Under the pieces are notes generated by a model that worked only from the letters and a program-made list of their open reading frames with translations, made no database searches and was not told the DNA's origin. A stretch of DNA of 61,697 bases, the filler included, from Dimorphilus gyrociliatus (taxonomy: Eukaryota > Animalia > Annelida), in the NCBI GenBank assembly GCA_904063045.1. It is 4 parts of 4 records of this genome, joined end to end, with 100 filler letters (N's around TTAATTAATTAA, not from the genome) between each part and the next. Parts side by side here need not be neighbours in the genome. Positions count along the whole stretch, not along the records: positions 1 to 15,645 come from CAJFCJ010000230.1; 3 more parts are not named here. One strand, written 5' to 3'. Position numbers and translations under genes: made by a program. Shown piece after piece: positions 1 to 9,888 of the stretch (position 1 is its first letter; each line of letters opens with the position of its first letter).

Positions 1-1
1 A

Positions 2-594
2 AAGGTCAAAATTGAAAATCTATATGATACTTTCAAGACCTTTGGAGAAATGTAAGTGAAGAGACAACATTACCTTGGTTCGTGTAACTGAGATATGATG
101 ATAATAATACGATACTAATTTTAAGTATAGGACTTCAATTAAGGAAGCGAGTTAAAGACGAAAAAACTGTTAAAACAGGGTTCGTCGAATTTGCAGAGAT
201 TGGCAGTGCAGAAGAGGCTTTTAAGAAAGAAGAGGTCGAGTTTAAAGGAGAAATGATAAAGGTTCAATACGCTAGAAAGAAAAAAAGGATGTTTAATAAC
301 AGGTTTCAGCCTAAACTATTGCCAACTAATAAAACAGCAATTGTTTATGGAATGCCAAAAGAGATGGAGGAGAACAAATTGGTTGAGTTGTTAGGTTGTT
401 TATCTGTCAAGAAAACAAATGATCCTAAAAAATTTTCTTATGTAGCTCAATTTGAAAATAGAACTCAAAGAGATTCTGCTATAGAGAGTAAAACAGGAAC
501 TAAAGTAGATGATAAACATTCACTTCAGGTAAAGAAAGCTTTTTTCAAACCAAAGCCATTTAACAGCAGGAGAGGTTTTACTGAAAAGAATTAA
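2..594 (+). CDS. Two-RRM RNA-binding protein, 5'-truncated by the window edge; exons <2..51 and 126..594
   Basis: Splicing GTAAGT(52)..TTAAG(125) joins KVKIENLYDTFKTFGE-I to IGLQLRKRVKDEKTVKTGFVEF (RNP1-like GFVEF) in frame with ORF 253..594. A second, degenerate RRM follows (AIVYGMPKEM...SYVAQFE). Confidence 0.8.
52..125 (+). ncRNA. U18: 74-nt spliceosomal intron encoding a U18/snR18-like box C/D snoRNA
   Basis: 5'SS GTAAGT 52-57; box C-like GTGAAGA 56-62; guide CCTTGGTTCGTGT 73-85; box D' CTGA 88-91; box C' ATGATGA 95-101; branch point TACTAAT 113-119 containing D-like CTAA; 3'SS AG 124-125. The guide is complementary (13 bp, one G-U) to the conserved LSU rRNA sequence ACACGGACCAAGG. Confidence 0.75.
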
Positions 595-675
595 GCATGT
601 TTAAGTATTTTTTTAATTAAAGATATTTTATACTCTTGCATGTTAAATGCTAGTATGAAATTTATTTTGCTTTTT

Positions 676-1140
676 TTAATTTTTTTCTAAGATGAATTCT
701 TTTTGCTTATTTTCATATAAATTATACGTTATCATATTTGAATATATCTTATTTATATACAAAGGTTTATATTCATTACAAAAGAAATTGTAATGGTTTA
801 TCAAAATAATAGTTAATTTAAATTTATATATAATTCTCCATAAATCATTAAAAATCAATAATATCTCTTTACTATCATCACATAGTTCAATAGCAACTCT
901 AATTGAGTTGATTATTATTAAATTATATCTTTCAAAATTACTATTTAATTTATCTTTGAATGTTTTTAAATCAAAAATCAAAATTTGACTTTCAAGTCTT
1001 TCTTTACCAATTAAATCAAGAATTAAAAAGTTTTTATTTATTAATATTTTATCTAGAATGTTTTTTATTTTTGCTGAAGGAATAATGTATAATTGAATGA
1101 GTGTTTGATCTTGGAGTGAGAAATTATTAATTTTTAACAT
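676..1140 (-). CDS. Small divergent RecA/RAD51-fold-like protein (possible RAD55/57-type paralog)
   Basis: 154-aa ORF with a CCC motif upstream. Walker-B-like LIIINSI and a TIILINHY strand resemble RAD51 paralogs. No recognisable Walker A. Confidence 0.4.
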   Translation of the reverse strand: MLKINNFSLQDQTLIQLYIIPSAKIKNILDKILINKNFLILDLIGKERLESQILIFDLKTFKDKLNSNFERYNLIIINSIRVAIELCDDSKEILLIFNDLWRIIYKFKLTIILINHYNFFCNEYKPLYINKIYSNMITYNLYENKQKEFILEKN

Positions 1141-2498
1141 TTTTTACGTTTTATTGTAGGGGGTTTCAATTATTAAAATATCAAGTGTAATGAAAATTAC
1201 TTATTTACGTTTTTTATTCTAAAAAGTAGTTTTAGATTATTAAATTTTCATTTAAATGAAGTTTAGTTATTTAATATATGAATAATTTTAATACATTATT
1301 ATAGAAACCTTTCTTGGTGAATAAAATACTTTTTTTCTAAATTCAATGAAAACTCGTTTTTAAGAACTTTTATATTTAAACACAAATGAAAAGGTTAATA
1401 TTATTTTCTATTGTTCATATAATAAACATCATAGGGATTCATCATTTTTTGTTATTTATTTGACTCTTATTTAAAAAATAATCAAAATTCCGTATTCTCA
1501 AGTAAATTATTCCTCTATTTTTCAAAATAGGTTATATTTAGTAAATAAAAGTTATTATACTTAATTATAAATTAGTATTGTATAGTGACTTTTTAGATGT
1601 CAATACTACCTAATATGTATCTTAATTCATTTTTCTCTTATAAATGACCATTTTATTAATTTCATACATAAATTCTACTCTTCTATATAAAATTATTATA
1701 CAATAAAATAATGATAATATTTCGAGTCAAAATATAGTATAATTAATCATCTTAAAAGTTATTTTACTTGATTTATTAACTTTCTCTAGTAAATTATAAT
1801 GTTTGAGAACTAAAGGCAAATTTTAAATTAAGCCTTTACTCATTTTTTTAACTTTTTTAAGAGCTTTTTTATGTTTAAAGAACCCCCTATTTCTCACTTA
1901 TTTAAGCGTGTTCTATTGTTTTAGTGTTTGTAAACCATTTTGTCAATCTTTAACATTTCATATCCTTTTCTAAATTAAAAAAACATTTGATTACTTTTAA
2001 AATGTTTTTACTATAAAAATTAATTTTTTATCAATAATAAATCCTTCTAAAAGACTTTAAAGTTATATCAAAACCTTTAAATCATGTTATTTTAAAAAAA
2101 TTAAATTTTATTGATAAACCTGAATATGCAGATAAAAATATATTAAATATGACATAGATGTTAAACAGTTCTAAACATACTAAATATATTTATAAAGAAT
2201 AACGAATAAATAAAATTATATGTATATGATTAAATAGAATAATAAAAAAATAAAGTCTATTTATATGATTTAATAAACAATAAATAAATAAAATCGTGTT
2301 TATTTAAGTAATTTAGAAATTATATACTAAATCAACAAACAAATAAAATGTATTGTTGTATATCATTAGTTCTTCTAATTTTATTTTCAGTTTTTTCAAA
2401 AATCCCTTATAATACCCATAAACTGTTCTAATTTTTTAAATATCTTGTTATAGGTTTCATTAAATTACGTATTTTTTTAATTGAAAAAATAGATAAAC

Positions 2499-4445
2499 TT
2501 ATTTTAATTTTAAATAGCTTTTTACTTCTTTATAATCATTTCTAGTTTTTAAAATATCTTTAATCATTTTCTTATTGAAAAAATCACTACTCATTAAAAC
2601 ATCGTTAATTATATTTTCTAAGGTATTTTTATCAGAACAAATTAACTCACTTAAATATTCTAATTTTAATACAAAATCTATTAAAACATTTCTTTCTCTT
2701 AGAAATTTAATGAACAGAAGAATATCATTCTTTAATATTTTTGTTCTTTTCTTATTAAAAGTGACACTTAATAAATATTTAGTATATGTGATTACAAGAA
2801 ACTGACATAAACTAAACATAAAATTGTTTGAGTTTTTTCCTTCTAAATAAATATTTGTTGTTTGATTTAACTGATATAGACAATCTACTAATCTTTTTAT
2901 GGTTGGTGTTACTTCTTCTACTGGGGTGTCATATTCACTCGATGGTTGTTTTTTTATAAATATTGAAAACTTTCTTTTATTGTAAAGTAATAAACTATTA
3001 TAAATAGATTTTGATTTGTTATTTAAATATTCAAAATAATTACTAAATAAGAATTCATTTGATAATCTTTTGAGAATTGAATGAAAAACAGACATTAAAT
3101 ACAAACCCTCAAAGGTTTTAGGAAATTTAATGGTTTTAAGTTTGATTTCTAAGTTAGAATTGAAATGATCGACATCTTTTTCATCATAAAAGTCTTTTTC
3201 CATGAATTTAGAATAGAAAAAAATTAATTTTAGAAAAATGCTTAACAACTTCAATGAATTATCAGAAAACAGGTCATCTAGAATTTCTTCATTTCTAAAA
3301 TTGTTATTTTCGTTCTTAAAATGATTATTTCTATTATTTATGATTCTTATATCTTTTGTTATATCATAATTTTGTATTAAAGTGTTTTTTATTTTTATTT
3401 TATTATTTTTATAATTTTTATACAAAATATTATAAATGATATTCAAAGCTTCTACTTCTTTAAACTTAAAATTATTGAAGTTGTAGTTTAAATTACAATT
3501 AAAATTCAATTTTATAAATTGTTTAACTTTTTCTATTTTTTTAAAAAAAATTTCAATTATTAAAGTTTTTTCTAAATCACAACAATTTTTCATTAATAAA
3601 CTAATTTTATTTTCTAAAGTTTTATAAAAATTGACAAAAAATATTTTTTTTTTAATTTTTATTCGTTTAATAGAATTTAATTGTTTAAAAATTAAATTTA
3701 GATTAAAAATTAAATTATAATTTGTTAAATCTAACTCCGGATTATTTGATTTTTTTAAGAGAATTTGAAAATTTTCTAAAATTATATTTGTAATTTCATC
3801 ATTAAAATTCATTAATCTAAGAGATTTAACAATGACATTTATATCTGAAATTTTATTTGATGAATTATCTAAATTACTAAATGTATCAGTAGAATTATTA
3901 GTCTTTATAGATTCACTATTAAATTCTTCAGTGTTGTTGTGTTTTTCTAAAATAAATTTAATTCCACTTCTGAGTTTTTCTACCAATTTTCTTTTAAATT
4001 TAATTTCATAATCTTTTACAAGATCTTCTATTTCTACTACATTGAAATATTTAATATTTCTAAAAAAGTTTGCTAGTTTAATCCAATCTTTATTATTAAA
4101 CAATCTATCTATACTCTCTAGGTTCTTATCATTTATTTCTTTTACTAAATTAATACAATTAATCAAAATATTCAGTTTTTCAATTTTTTTAATTTTTTTC
4201 TTCAGTTTTATTTTTAAATCTTGTTTTTTAATTTCTTTTAGGTTTAGCTTTTCTAATTCTTTTTCTATTTTATTATTCTTTATTGTTTCTAAAATATCAA
4301 TTTTAGTTCTTTTTAGTTCTTTTGAAAGTTTTTGTTTTTTATGAAATATTGCTTCTTTTAATTCAATTAAAGAATTTATTGATTCTTGATTTGTTACACA
4401 ATTTATATTAAAATTTTCTTTTAAATGTTTAATTGTTATTTTCAT
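2499..4445 (-). CDS. 648-aa helical protein with an N-terminal coiled coil; possible CATCHR-type tethering subunit (exocyst/COG/GARP-like)
   Basis: Long intact ORF with AACCC directly before the ATG. The N-terminus is K/E/L heptad-rich and the C-terminus is helical-bundle-like. The CDS is secure; the product is inferred. Confidence 0.5.
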   Translation of the reverse strand: MKITIKHLKENFNINCVTNQESINSLIELKEAIFHKKQKLSKELKRTKIDILETIKNNKIEKELEKLNLKEIKKQDLKIKLKKKIKKIEKLNILINCINLVKEINDKNLESIDRLFNNKDWIKLANFFRNIKYFNVVEIEDLVKDYEIKFKRKLVEKLRSGIKFILEKHNNTEEFNSESIKTNNSTDTFSNLDNSSNKISDINVIVKSLRLMNFNDEITNIILENFQILLKKSNNPELDLTNYNLIFNLNLIFKQLNSIKRIKIKKKIFFVNFYKTLENKISLLMKNCCDLEKTLIIEIFFKKIEKVKQFIKLNFNCNLNYNFNNFKFKEVEALNIIYNILYKNYKNNKIKIKNTLIQNYDITKDIRIINNRNNHFKNENNNFRNEEILDDLFSDNSLKLLSIFLKLIFFYSKFMEKDFYDEKDVDHFNSNLEIKLKTIKFPKTFEGLYLMSVFHSILKRLSNEFLFSNYFEYLNNKSKSIYNSLLLYNKRKFSIFIKKQPSSEYDTPVEEVTPTIKRLVDCLYQLNQTTNIYLEGKNSNNFMFSLCQFLVITYTKYLLSVTFNKKRTKILKNDILLFIKFLRERNVLIDFVLKLEYLSELICSDKNTLENIINDVLMSSDFFNKKMIKDILKTRNDYKEVKSYLKLK

Positions 4446-4830
4446 GGGTTAAATTAAATGAATACCAATAAAAATATAACACTTTGATAAAGGGTGTTGT
4501 TCTTTTAACCTTGTTTTGTATTATTCATATGTTCAGAGTATCTCTTAGTTTTATCTTCTAATAACTTTATACTGTTATTTATTTATTTTTCAAAAGATAT
4601 AAGTCTTTATCCAATTATAATACTTTCTTAAGTTTTTAAAAAATATTATAATTAGATATAAATAAGTATTTTTTTGAATTTCTAATCTCTTGACATATAG
4701 TCTATAAATTAGAGAAAATAGAAACATTATTGAAAATATATAAATAATAATTAAATTGATATGGAAGAAGCAAATATAATATGTTTATTTAATAAAAATT
4801 TATTTATTAAATATGAAGTATTTATTTTAT

Positions 4831-5007
4831 CTACTTATGAAAAATATTTAATTTTCCATTTTTCATTTTTAAAATCATTTCTTTTGGTTTTAATTTGTCT
4901 TCCAATTCACTTCCTAGATAATCCAATCCTTCTTTGTTCTTTAAAAATATTATTTCTTTTTTTTTTGAATCAAATCCTTTTTCTTTTAAATATTCTTTTA
5001 AATTCAT
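4831..5007 (-). CDS. 58-aa hypothetical protein (below the ORF-track cutoff)
   Basis: ATG at 5007 preceded by GGGTAGAAATAA; reads MNLKEYLKEKGFDSKKKEIIFLKNKEGLDYLGSELEDKLKPKEMILKMKNGKLNIFHK*. Confidence 0.3.
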   Translation of the reverse strand: MNLKEYLKEKGFDSKKKEIIFLKNKEGLDYLGSELEDKLKPKEMILKMKNGKLNIFHK

Positions 5008-5236
5008 TTATTTCTACCCATAAAATTCTATGCTTTTTATATTCTTATTCAATAAAACTGTGAAGATTTTTATTTTCTAAATGAAATTTCATTTATTCTA
5101 CCCATAAAATTCTATGCTTTTTATTTTTATTCAATAAAATTGTGAAGATTTTTATTTTCTAAATGAAATTTCATTTATTTCTACCCATAAAATTCTATGC
5201 TTTTTATATTCTTATTCAATAAAATTGTATAGATTT
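5004..5236. repeat. Tandem repeat, about 2.8 copies of an 82-85 bp unit
   Basis: TCATTTATT(T)CTACCCATAAAATTCTATGCTTTTTAT...GTGAAGATTTTTATTTTCTAAATGAAATT recurs at about 5004, 5089 and 5171. Confidence 0.9.
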
Positions 5237-5310
5237 TTATATTTGGAAACAAAATTCTATTTTTTGTGTCTTATCCTAGCACACATATTAAATTATATAC
5301 ATACTAATTA

Positions 5311-5937
5311 TTAATTGTGATGAATGACTCCATCTACATTTATAAATTCTCTTTTATTTTTCTTGTATTTTTGAATTACTATATTTAAAACAAAAAACAT
5401 AGAAATTACAAAAGTTATGTATTGTGGCAGACATAACAACATTATAGATGGCAATCCCAAAGTATAAAGACTATTTCCTACGCCTGAAAAGTTGCTTAGC
5501 ACCATAAAAAATGTAAACAAATAAATATTTCTTATATCGTTCTGTGATAAACACTTGTTCAATAAATGGCAGTGTCTGGAGTTCTTTTCAAATATACTTT
5601 GACAATATCTACACTTTTTAGTTATTTGCAGTCCACTTTCTTTATTTTCAAAGAGTGGTAAAAATTCTATACGCTGTAAAAAGTTTTTTATTTCTTCTTT
5701 TAGACGTTCTGTTACTTGTTGCGATGTTTCTTTACTTTCTTTACCTTTTAAGATTCTTTTTAATATCATAAAGTTAGGCAAATGGACAGCATTACATACA
5801 ATTAAATATACTACATAATATTTATTTATCTTATTTCTTAAAAAGAAGTTTTTATAAATCTGAAGCAGCGTAGATAATAAGCTTAATGTAAAATTATAAG
5901 CAATTACAAAGTATAAGGTGTAATAGATGGTGTTCAT
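5311..5937 (-). CDS. DHHC-palmitoyltransferase-like membrane protein with a degenerate motif (SRHC)
   Basis: Two TM segments, then CRYCQSIFEKNSRHCHLLNKCLSQNDIRNIYLF, which aligns in register with CxxC..CV.rfDHHCpw.nnCvG..Ny..F.lF. Two more TM segments follow. Confidence 0.6.
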   Translation of the reverse strand: MNTIYYTLYFVIAYNFTLSLLSTLLQIYKNFFLRNKINKYYVVYLIVCNAVHLPNFMILKRILKGKESKETSQQVTERLKEEIKNFLQRIEFLPLFENKESGLQITKKCRYCQSIFEKNSRHCHLLNKCLSQNDIRNIYLFTFFMVLSNFSGVGNSLYTLGLPSIMLLCLPQYITFVISMFFVLNIVIQKYKKNKREFINVDGVIHHN

Positions 5938-6250
5938 AAAAAAAGGAGTAAAAATATATTATATATAATATTAAGAACCAATTATTGAAAATTTATTCTT
6001 ATTTAATTTACAGATTTTTATCTGTCTATTTCTATTTATATATCATGTCGTTTTTATGTTTTAGTATTAGTAATATGAGATGGTAAAAGTTTTTAATCAA
6101 TAAATTAATACAATTTCTATTTTACTTTGATAAGTTAGTCGAATATTCATAGAAGTTGTAGTTAATAAATTAATAAACTGATATGATATTTATTTAAATA
6201 AGATGTTTGACTATTCTAATACAACTATTTCTTTAATATATACATAACTA

Positions 6251-7420
6251 TTAATATCTTAATATATAATCTAAAAGTGTTGCTAATACTATTCCAATCC
6301 CTGCAATTAATAAAGTAATTGATAAGATGGTCCATCCATTATTCTTTGGGAAATCCATATAAAAATAAAACAATGGTGGCATTATTAAAGATATCAAGGT
6401 AGATGCTGTAGCACCTATTAAGCTATATAAATCTCCCAAATTCAGTCCATTTATAGTCAATAGATATCCTGCAAGAATAATAAAAAGAGTAACAAATCCA
6501 TGAAGAAAGTCATTTTCTACAATTTTCTTGCTTTTTAGTCCAAATAAATTATAGAGGTATATTCTACAAGGATTGATCTGCAATGGATATGAGAACCCCA
6601 TAACTAAAATATATAGAACAAGAGATATATCAGTTAATTTATCATCTGGATAATTTTTTAACACATTATCAGCTAAATAATGACCATACATTAAATAATT
6701 TATAAGACCAAAAACGGAATATAAAACAAAACTTATAGTAACAACTGATACAATTAATTTCTTCATGTTACCTATTCTATTATCTGACATTTCATTTTGA
6801 ACAGATATTAAATTTTGGTGACAAGTAAATGAAAATATAAAAGTTCCTAAACCTCTAAGCCACTTCAAAGAGATGGTTTTTGCATAAAACGTGTTTTCTT
6901 CTATCGTTATTTCAGCCATTGCTAATCTATATATTGAACCAGCAACTACAAATGCTATTGCAATTAATCCGCACAATGAAGTATATTTTAATTTAGTAAT
7001 TCTTCTAAAAAGAGTGAATGGAGTTATCAGAGAAAGAAAAATAAATAAAACGACCTTTTTTTCTGTAAAAATACGTTCACCGAATAATTTTTCCATGAAA
7101 GCAGGCAATACATCCCTAAGTATAATGAGATATGATGTAGCTATACCAAAGCACTTAAAAAATATGGCAAATTCTATAAGCTTTTTTGTTTTTGGAATAC
7201 TTTCTGCGGCGATATCAGAGACATTGGAATTTCTATTATTCAGTTTTTTATTACATTTAGCATATATTAATAAACTAGTTACTGAAAAAAGAGCAGATAT
7301 TGCTAGGAACAATAATGCATATATAATACCATAATTTTTAAATAACATTGGAAGATATAAAATACCCGCACCTACAACTGTTTTCATAAGATTTACAAAT
7401 GCGGGAAAGTAATCACTCAT
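6251..7420 (-). CDS. Amino acid/auxin permease (AVT-type vacuolar amino acid transporter)
   Basis: 389 aa with about 11 TM segments. Motifs FVNLMKTVVGAGILYLP, FIFSFTCHQN and SYPLQINPCR are typical of the Aa_trans family. Confidence 0.88.
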   Translation of the reverse strand: MSDYFPAFVNLMKTVVGAGILYLPMLFKNYGIIYALLFLAISALFSVTSLLIYAKCNKKLNNRNSNVSDIAAESIPKTKKLIEFAIFFKCFGIATSYLIILRDVLPAFMEKLFGERIFTEKKVVLFIFLSLITPFTLFRRITKLKYTSLCGLIAIAFVVAGSIYRLAMAEITIEENTFYAKTISLKWLRGLGTFIFSFTCHQNLISVQNEMSDNRIGNMKKLIVSVVTISFVLYSVFGLINYLMYGHYLADNVLKNYPDDKLTDISLVLYILVMGFSYPLQINPCRIYLYNLFGLKSKKIVENDFLHGFVTLFIILAGYLLTINGLNLGDLYSLIGATASTLISLIMPPLFYFYMDFPKNNGWTILSITLLIAGIGIVLATLLDYILRY

Positions 7421-7703
7421 GAACTTAAGAAAAGACTTTATTTTATAACATTGATTTAAAACAAATGTTTAATGAATAAGAAACTAGTATAAAGATTAAT
7501 TTGTTGCAAAAAGTAGCTGATAAAATTTATAAATCGTTTAGCGCTTAATTATTTTAAAAAAGTCAAAAATAAGCTTTAATAAAAATGTCTTATGTAAAAT
7601 ATTTGATGAATCCCAAACACAAGGTAGCAGGTTAAAACCTTGAAAACCTTTTAGTATTTTTAATATACGCATAGTTCTTTTTTATTAAAACTCAACCCCT
7701 GTT

Positions 7704-8117
7704 ATGAAAAAAAGCAATAAAAAACAGATTCGATTTTTTAGAAAACATTGTGGAGTAGAGCAAGATAGCGGCTTCTGTAACAAATCTTTAAATTGTAAAT
7801 TACACACTGTTGAACAAAAACAAGAAGTAATAAGAGAATACCCGTTTCATATTTTGGTCAAATTTAACAAAAATAGAAAAAAAATAGTTAAGGATTCAGT
7901 AATACCAGAAAAGCTAGCAAATTCGATAAAAAATTTGAAATCGAACGTACAAAGTAAGATTTATTTAAAAGATACTAAATGGGAATCTTCTGATATTTTG
8001 AAGTTTCTTAAGGAAGATGATTTGGACGAGGTCTTTGATAATGAATTTGACAAAATCAAGAAAAAGAGAATAACTCGTAAAAAAGGAAGGGAGAAGACTA
8101 GAATAAGTGATATTTAA
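7704..8117 (+). CDS. SCA7 zinc-finger protein (Sgf73/ataxin-7-like)
   Basis: KHCGVEQDSGFCNKSLNCKLHT..K..V.R..PF..L matches the SCA7 motif (CGV...C.rSLtCK.H). CCCC upstream of the ATG. Confidence 0.72.
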   Translation: MKKSNKKQIRFFRKHCGVEQDSGFCNKSLNCKLHTVEQKQEVIREYPFHILVKFNKNRKKIVKDSVIPEKLANSIKNLKSNVQSKIYLKDTKWESSDILKFLKEDDLDEVFDNEFDKIKKKRITRKKGREKTRISDI

Positions 8118-8371
8118 TAAATATATGTAATATATTACAAATATATTCTTTTAATATCTGTATAGATAATACATCTTATTTTGTTAATAAACACGTAAAT
8201 TATATAAACCACAGAAATTATTGTTATATTTTTAAATATACTTCAATATTTGTCACTAGGATATACTTATAGGTATATCTTAATTAATTTGAAATTTTTT
8301 CGCTTTTTTTAGCTTGTTTTATATATTTTTTAAATGTATTAATTTAAATTATTATTAGCCTTTTGATACTT

Positions 8372-9592
8372 TTATTTTATACATCCATTTACCCATAAAA
8401 TTATATAATTTAGTACAAATAAAAATCTATATGTAAAATTTGGCCATTTTGTGTATTTTAATAACAAATCAAGTATTCTTTTCTTTTCGACTTCTTTTTT
8501 ATAAATAATTTCTGTTTCTGCAGCAACTTTCTTCCATCTATACCGCTTTTTTATAAATTTATATCCATAATTATCATCAAAATAGGATAACCTTTTAATT
8601 GCTTTGTAAATTCCTAAAATGATTGATCTAGAGTTAAGGTTTGTTAAAATTAAAAGATTTGATGGTAGAATTTCATGAATACCGCCAACATTTGTACTAA
8701 CACAAATCAAACCAGATGCTGCTGCTTCTAGTATTGTTATACAAAAAGACTCTGTAAGACTAGTATTAAGAAAAATGTGGGATTTTTTCATGTATTTTGA
8801 TATTTTCGTATGATTACAATATCCTAACAATTTAATATATTTCTTAAGTTTGTTTTCTTCAATATACTGTTCCAGTTCATCCCTTTTAGGACCATCTCCA
8901 ATAACTCTAATTCTAATATTTGAATTTAAATCACAAATCCCTCTTAGACATTTTATCAAGAGACCAGTACCTTTTCTTTTAACAAGTCTACTTACAACAG
9001 TTATATTTATTCTTTTTTTAGTTCTGCTTATTTTTTTTGGATTAAAAATTCTTAAATTTATTCCATTATGTATTACAAAAACTCGTTCTTCTGGTATTTT
9101 ACTTCTCTCACAGAAATTTTCTTTTGAGTTTTCTGATACACAAATACAATAATCTACAATTCTTAATGTATTTTCTATGAGATAGTTTAATATTATGTTT
9201 TCAGGTCCTGTAACAGAGAAAACAGAATGTTCTGTAAAAATTGTCTTTAAACCTAGTATCTTAGCATGAAAAATTGCTTCTAAACCTAAAGAAGATAAAG
9301 ATTGATGGGAATGTACAATTCCTACATTTTCTTTGATTAGAACTTCAGCTATTGCAACTGAGCTTCCAACATAATATGGAAAAGTAGTATTACATGCTAT
9401 TACTGGTATTTCTAGGTAATAGGTTTTAATTTTATTAATATAAACAACACCTTTGTAATTTTTATAGGCATGTGTAATTACTATTACTTTATTGCCTCTT
9501 TTAATCAATTTCTTTGTAAGATTAAAGATGTGTGTTTCTATACCACCGTAATTTGGATGAAAGTAATCACAGACCATTGCAATTGTTAGCAT
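8372..9592 (-). CDS. GPI3: Phosphatidylinositol N-acetylglucosaminyltransferase catalytic subunit (PIG-A/Gpi3/Spt14)
   Basis: IAMVCDYFHPNYGGIETHI, VSRLVKRKG, FLNTSLTESFCITILEAAASGL and VSTNVGGIHEILP are characteristic of PIG-A. CCCT directly before the ATG. Confidence 0.95.
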   Translation of the reverse strand: MLTIAMVCDYFHPNYGGIETHIFNLTKKLIKRGNKVIVITHAYKNYKGVVYINKIKTYYLEIPVIACNTTFPYYVGSSVAIAEVLIKENVGIVHSHQSLSSLGLEAIFHAKILGLKTIFTEHSVFSVTGPENIILNYLIENTLRIVDYCICVSENSKENFCERSKIPEERVFVIHNGINLRIFNPKKISRTKKRINITVVSRLVKRKGTGLLIKCLRGICDLNSNIRIRVIGDGPKRDELEQYIEENKLKKYIKLLGYCNHTKISKYMKKSHIFLNTSLTESFCITILEAAASGLICVSTNVGGIHEILPSNLLILTNLNSRSIILGIYKAIKRLSYFDDNYGYKFIKKRYRWKKVAAETEIIYKKEVEKKRILDLLLKYTKWPNFTYRFLFVLNYIILWVNGCIK

Positions 9593-9888
9593 AGGGATAT
9601 TCCTTTTTTAGTCTTAGATTAATTTTTTTAATTCTAGATTACAGATCCAAAATAGTTCATTCTATTTTTTGATTTCAGTTATACAAAACCTATTTAAATA
9701 TGATTATAAAAACTCATAAATAAATCAATCTATCATAATTTTTAACATCTATTTTTCAACTTATTATTAATTAAAGTATGAAAAAATCCAGATTTGAAAA
9801 GGAATTGTTTTCCCTCTTAGAAAAAAATAGAAATAATAATTATTTAATGATAATAGAGTATGTTATAACCTAATCATTAAAAATCGCC

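Noticed and set aside
1831-1840. GCCTTTAC resembling U5 snRNA loop I
   Set aside because: It has one U fewer than GCCUUUUAC, with no enclosing stem or Sm site evident.
1860-2000. Possible Merlin relic (KGYEMLK...YKH) on the minus strand
   Set aside because: There is only one short motif, with no DES or TIR support.
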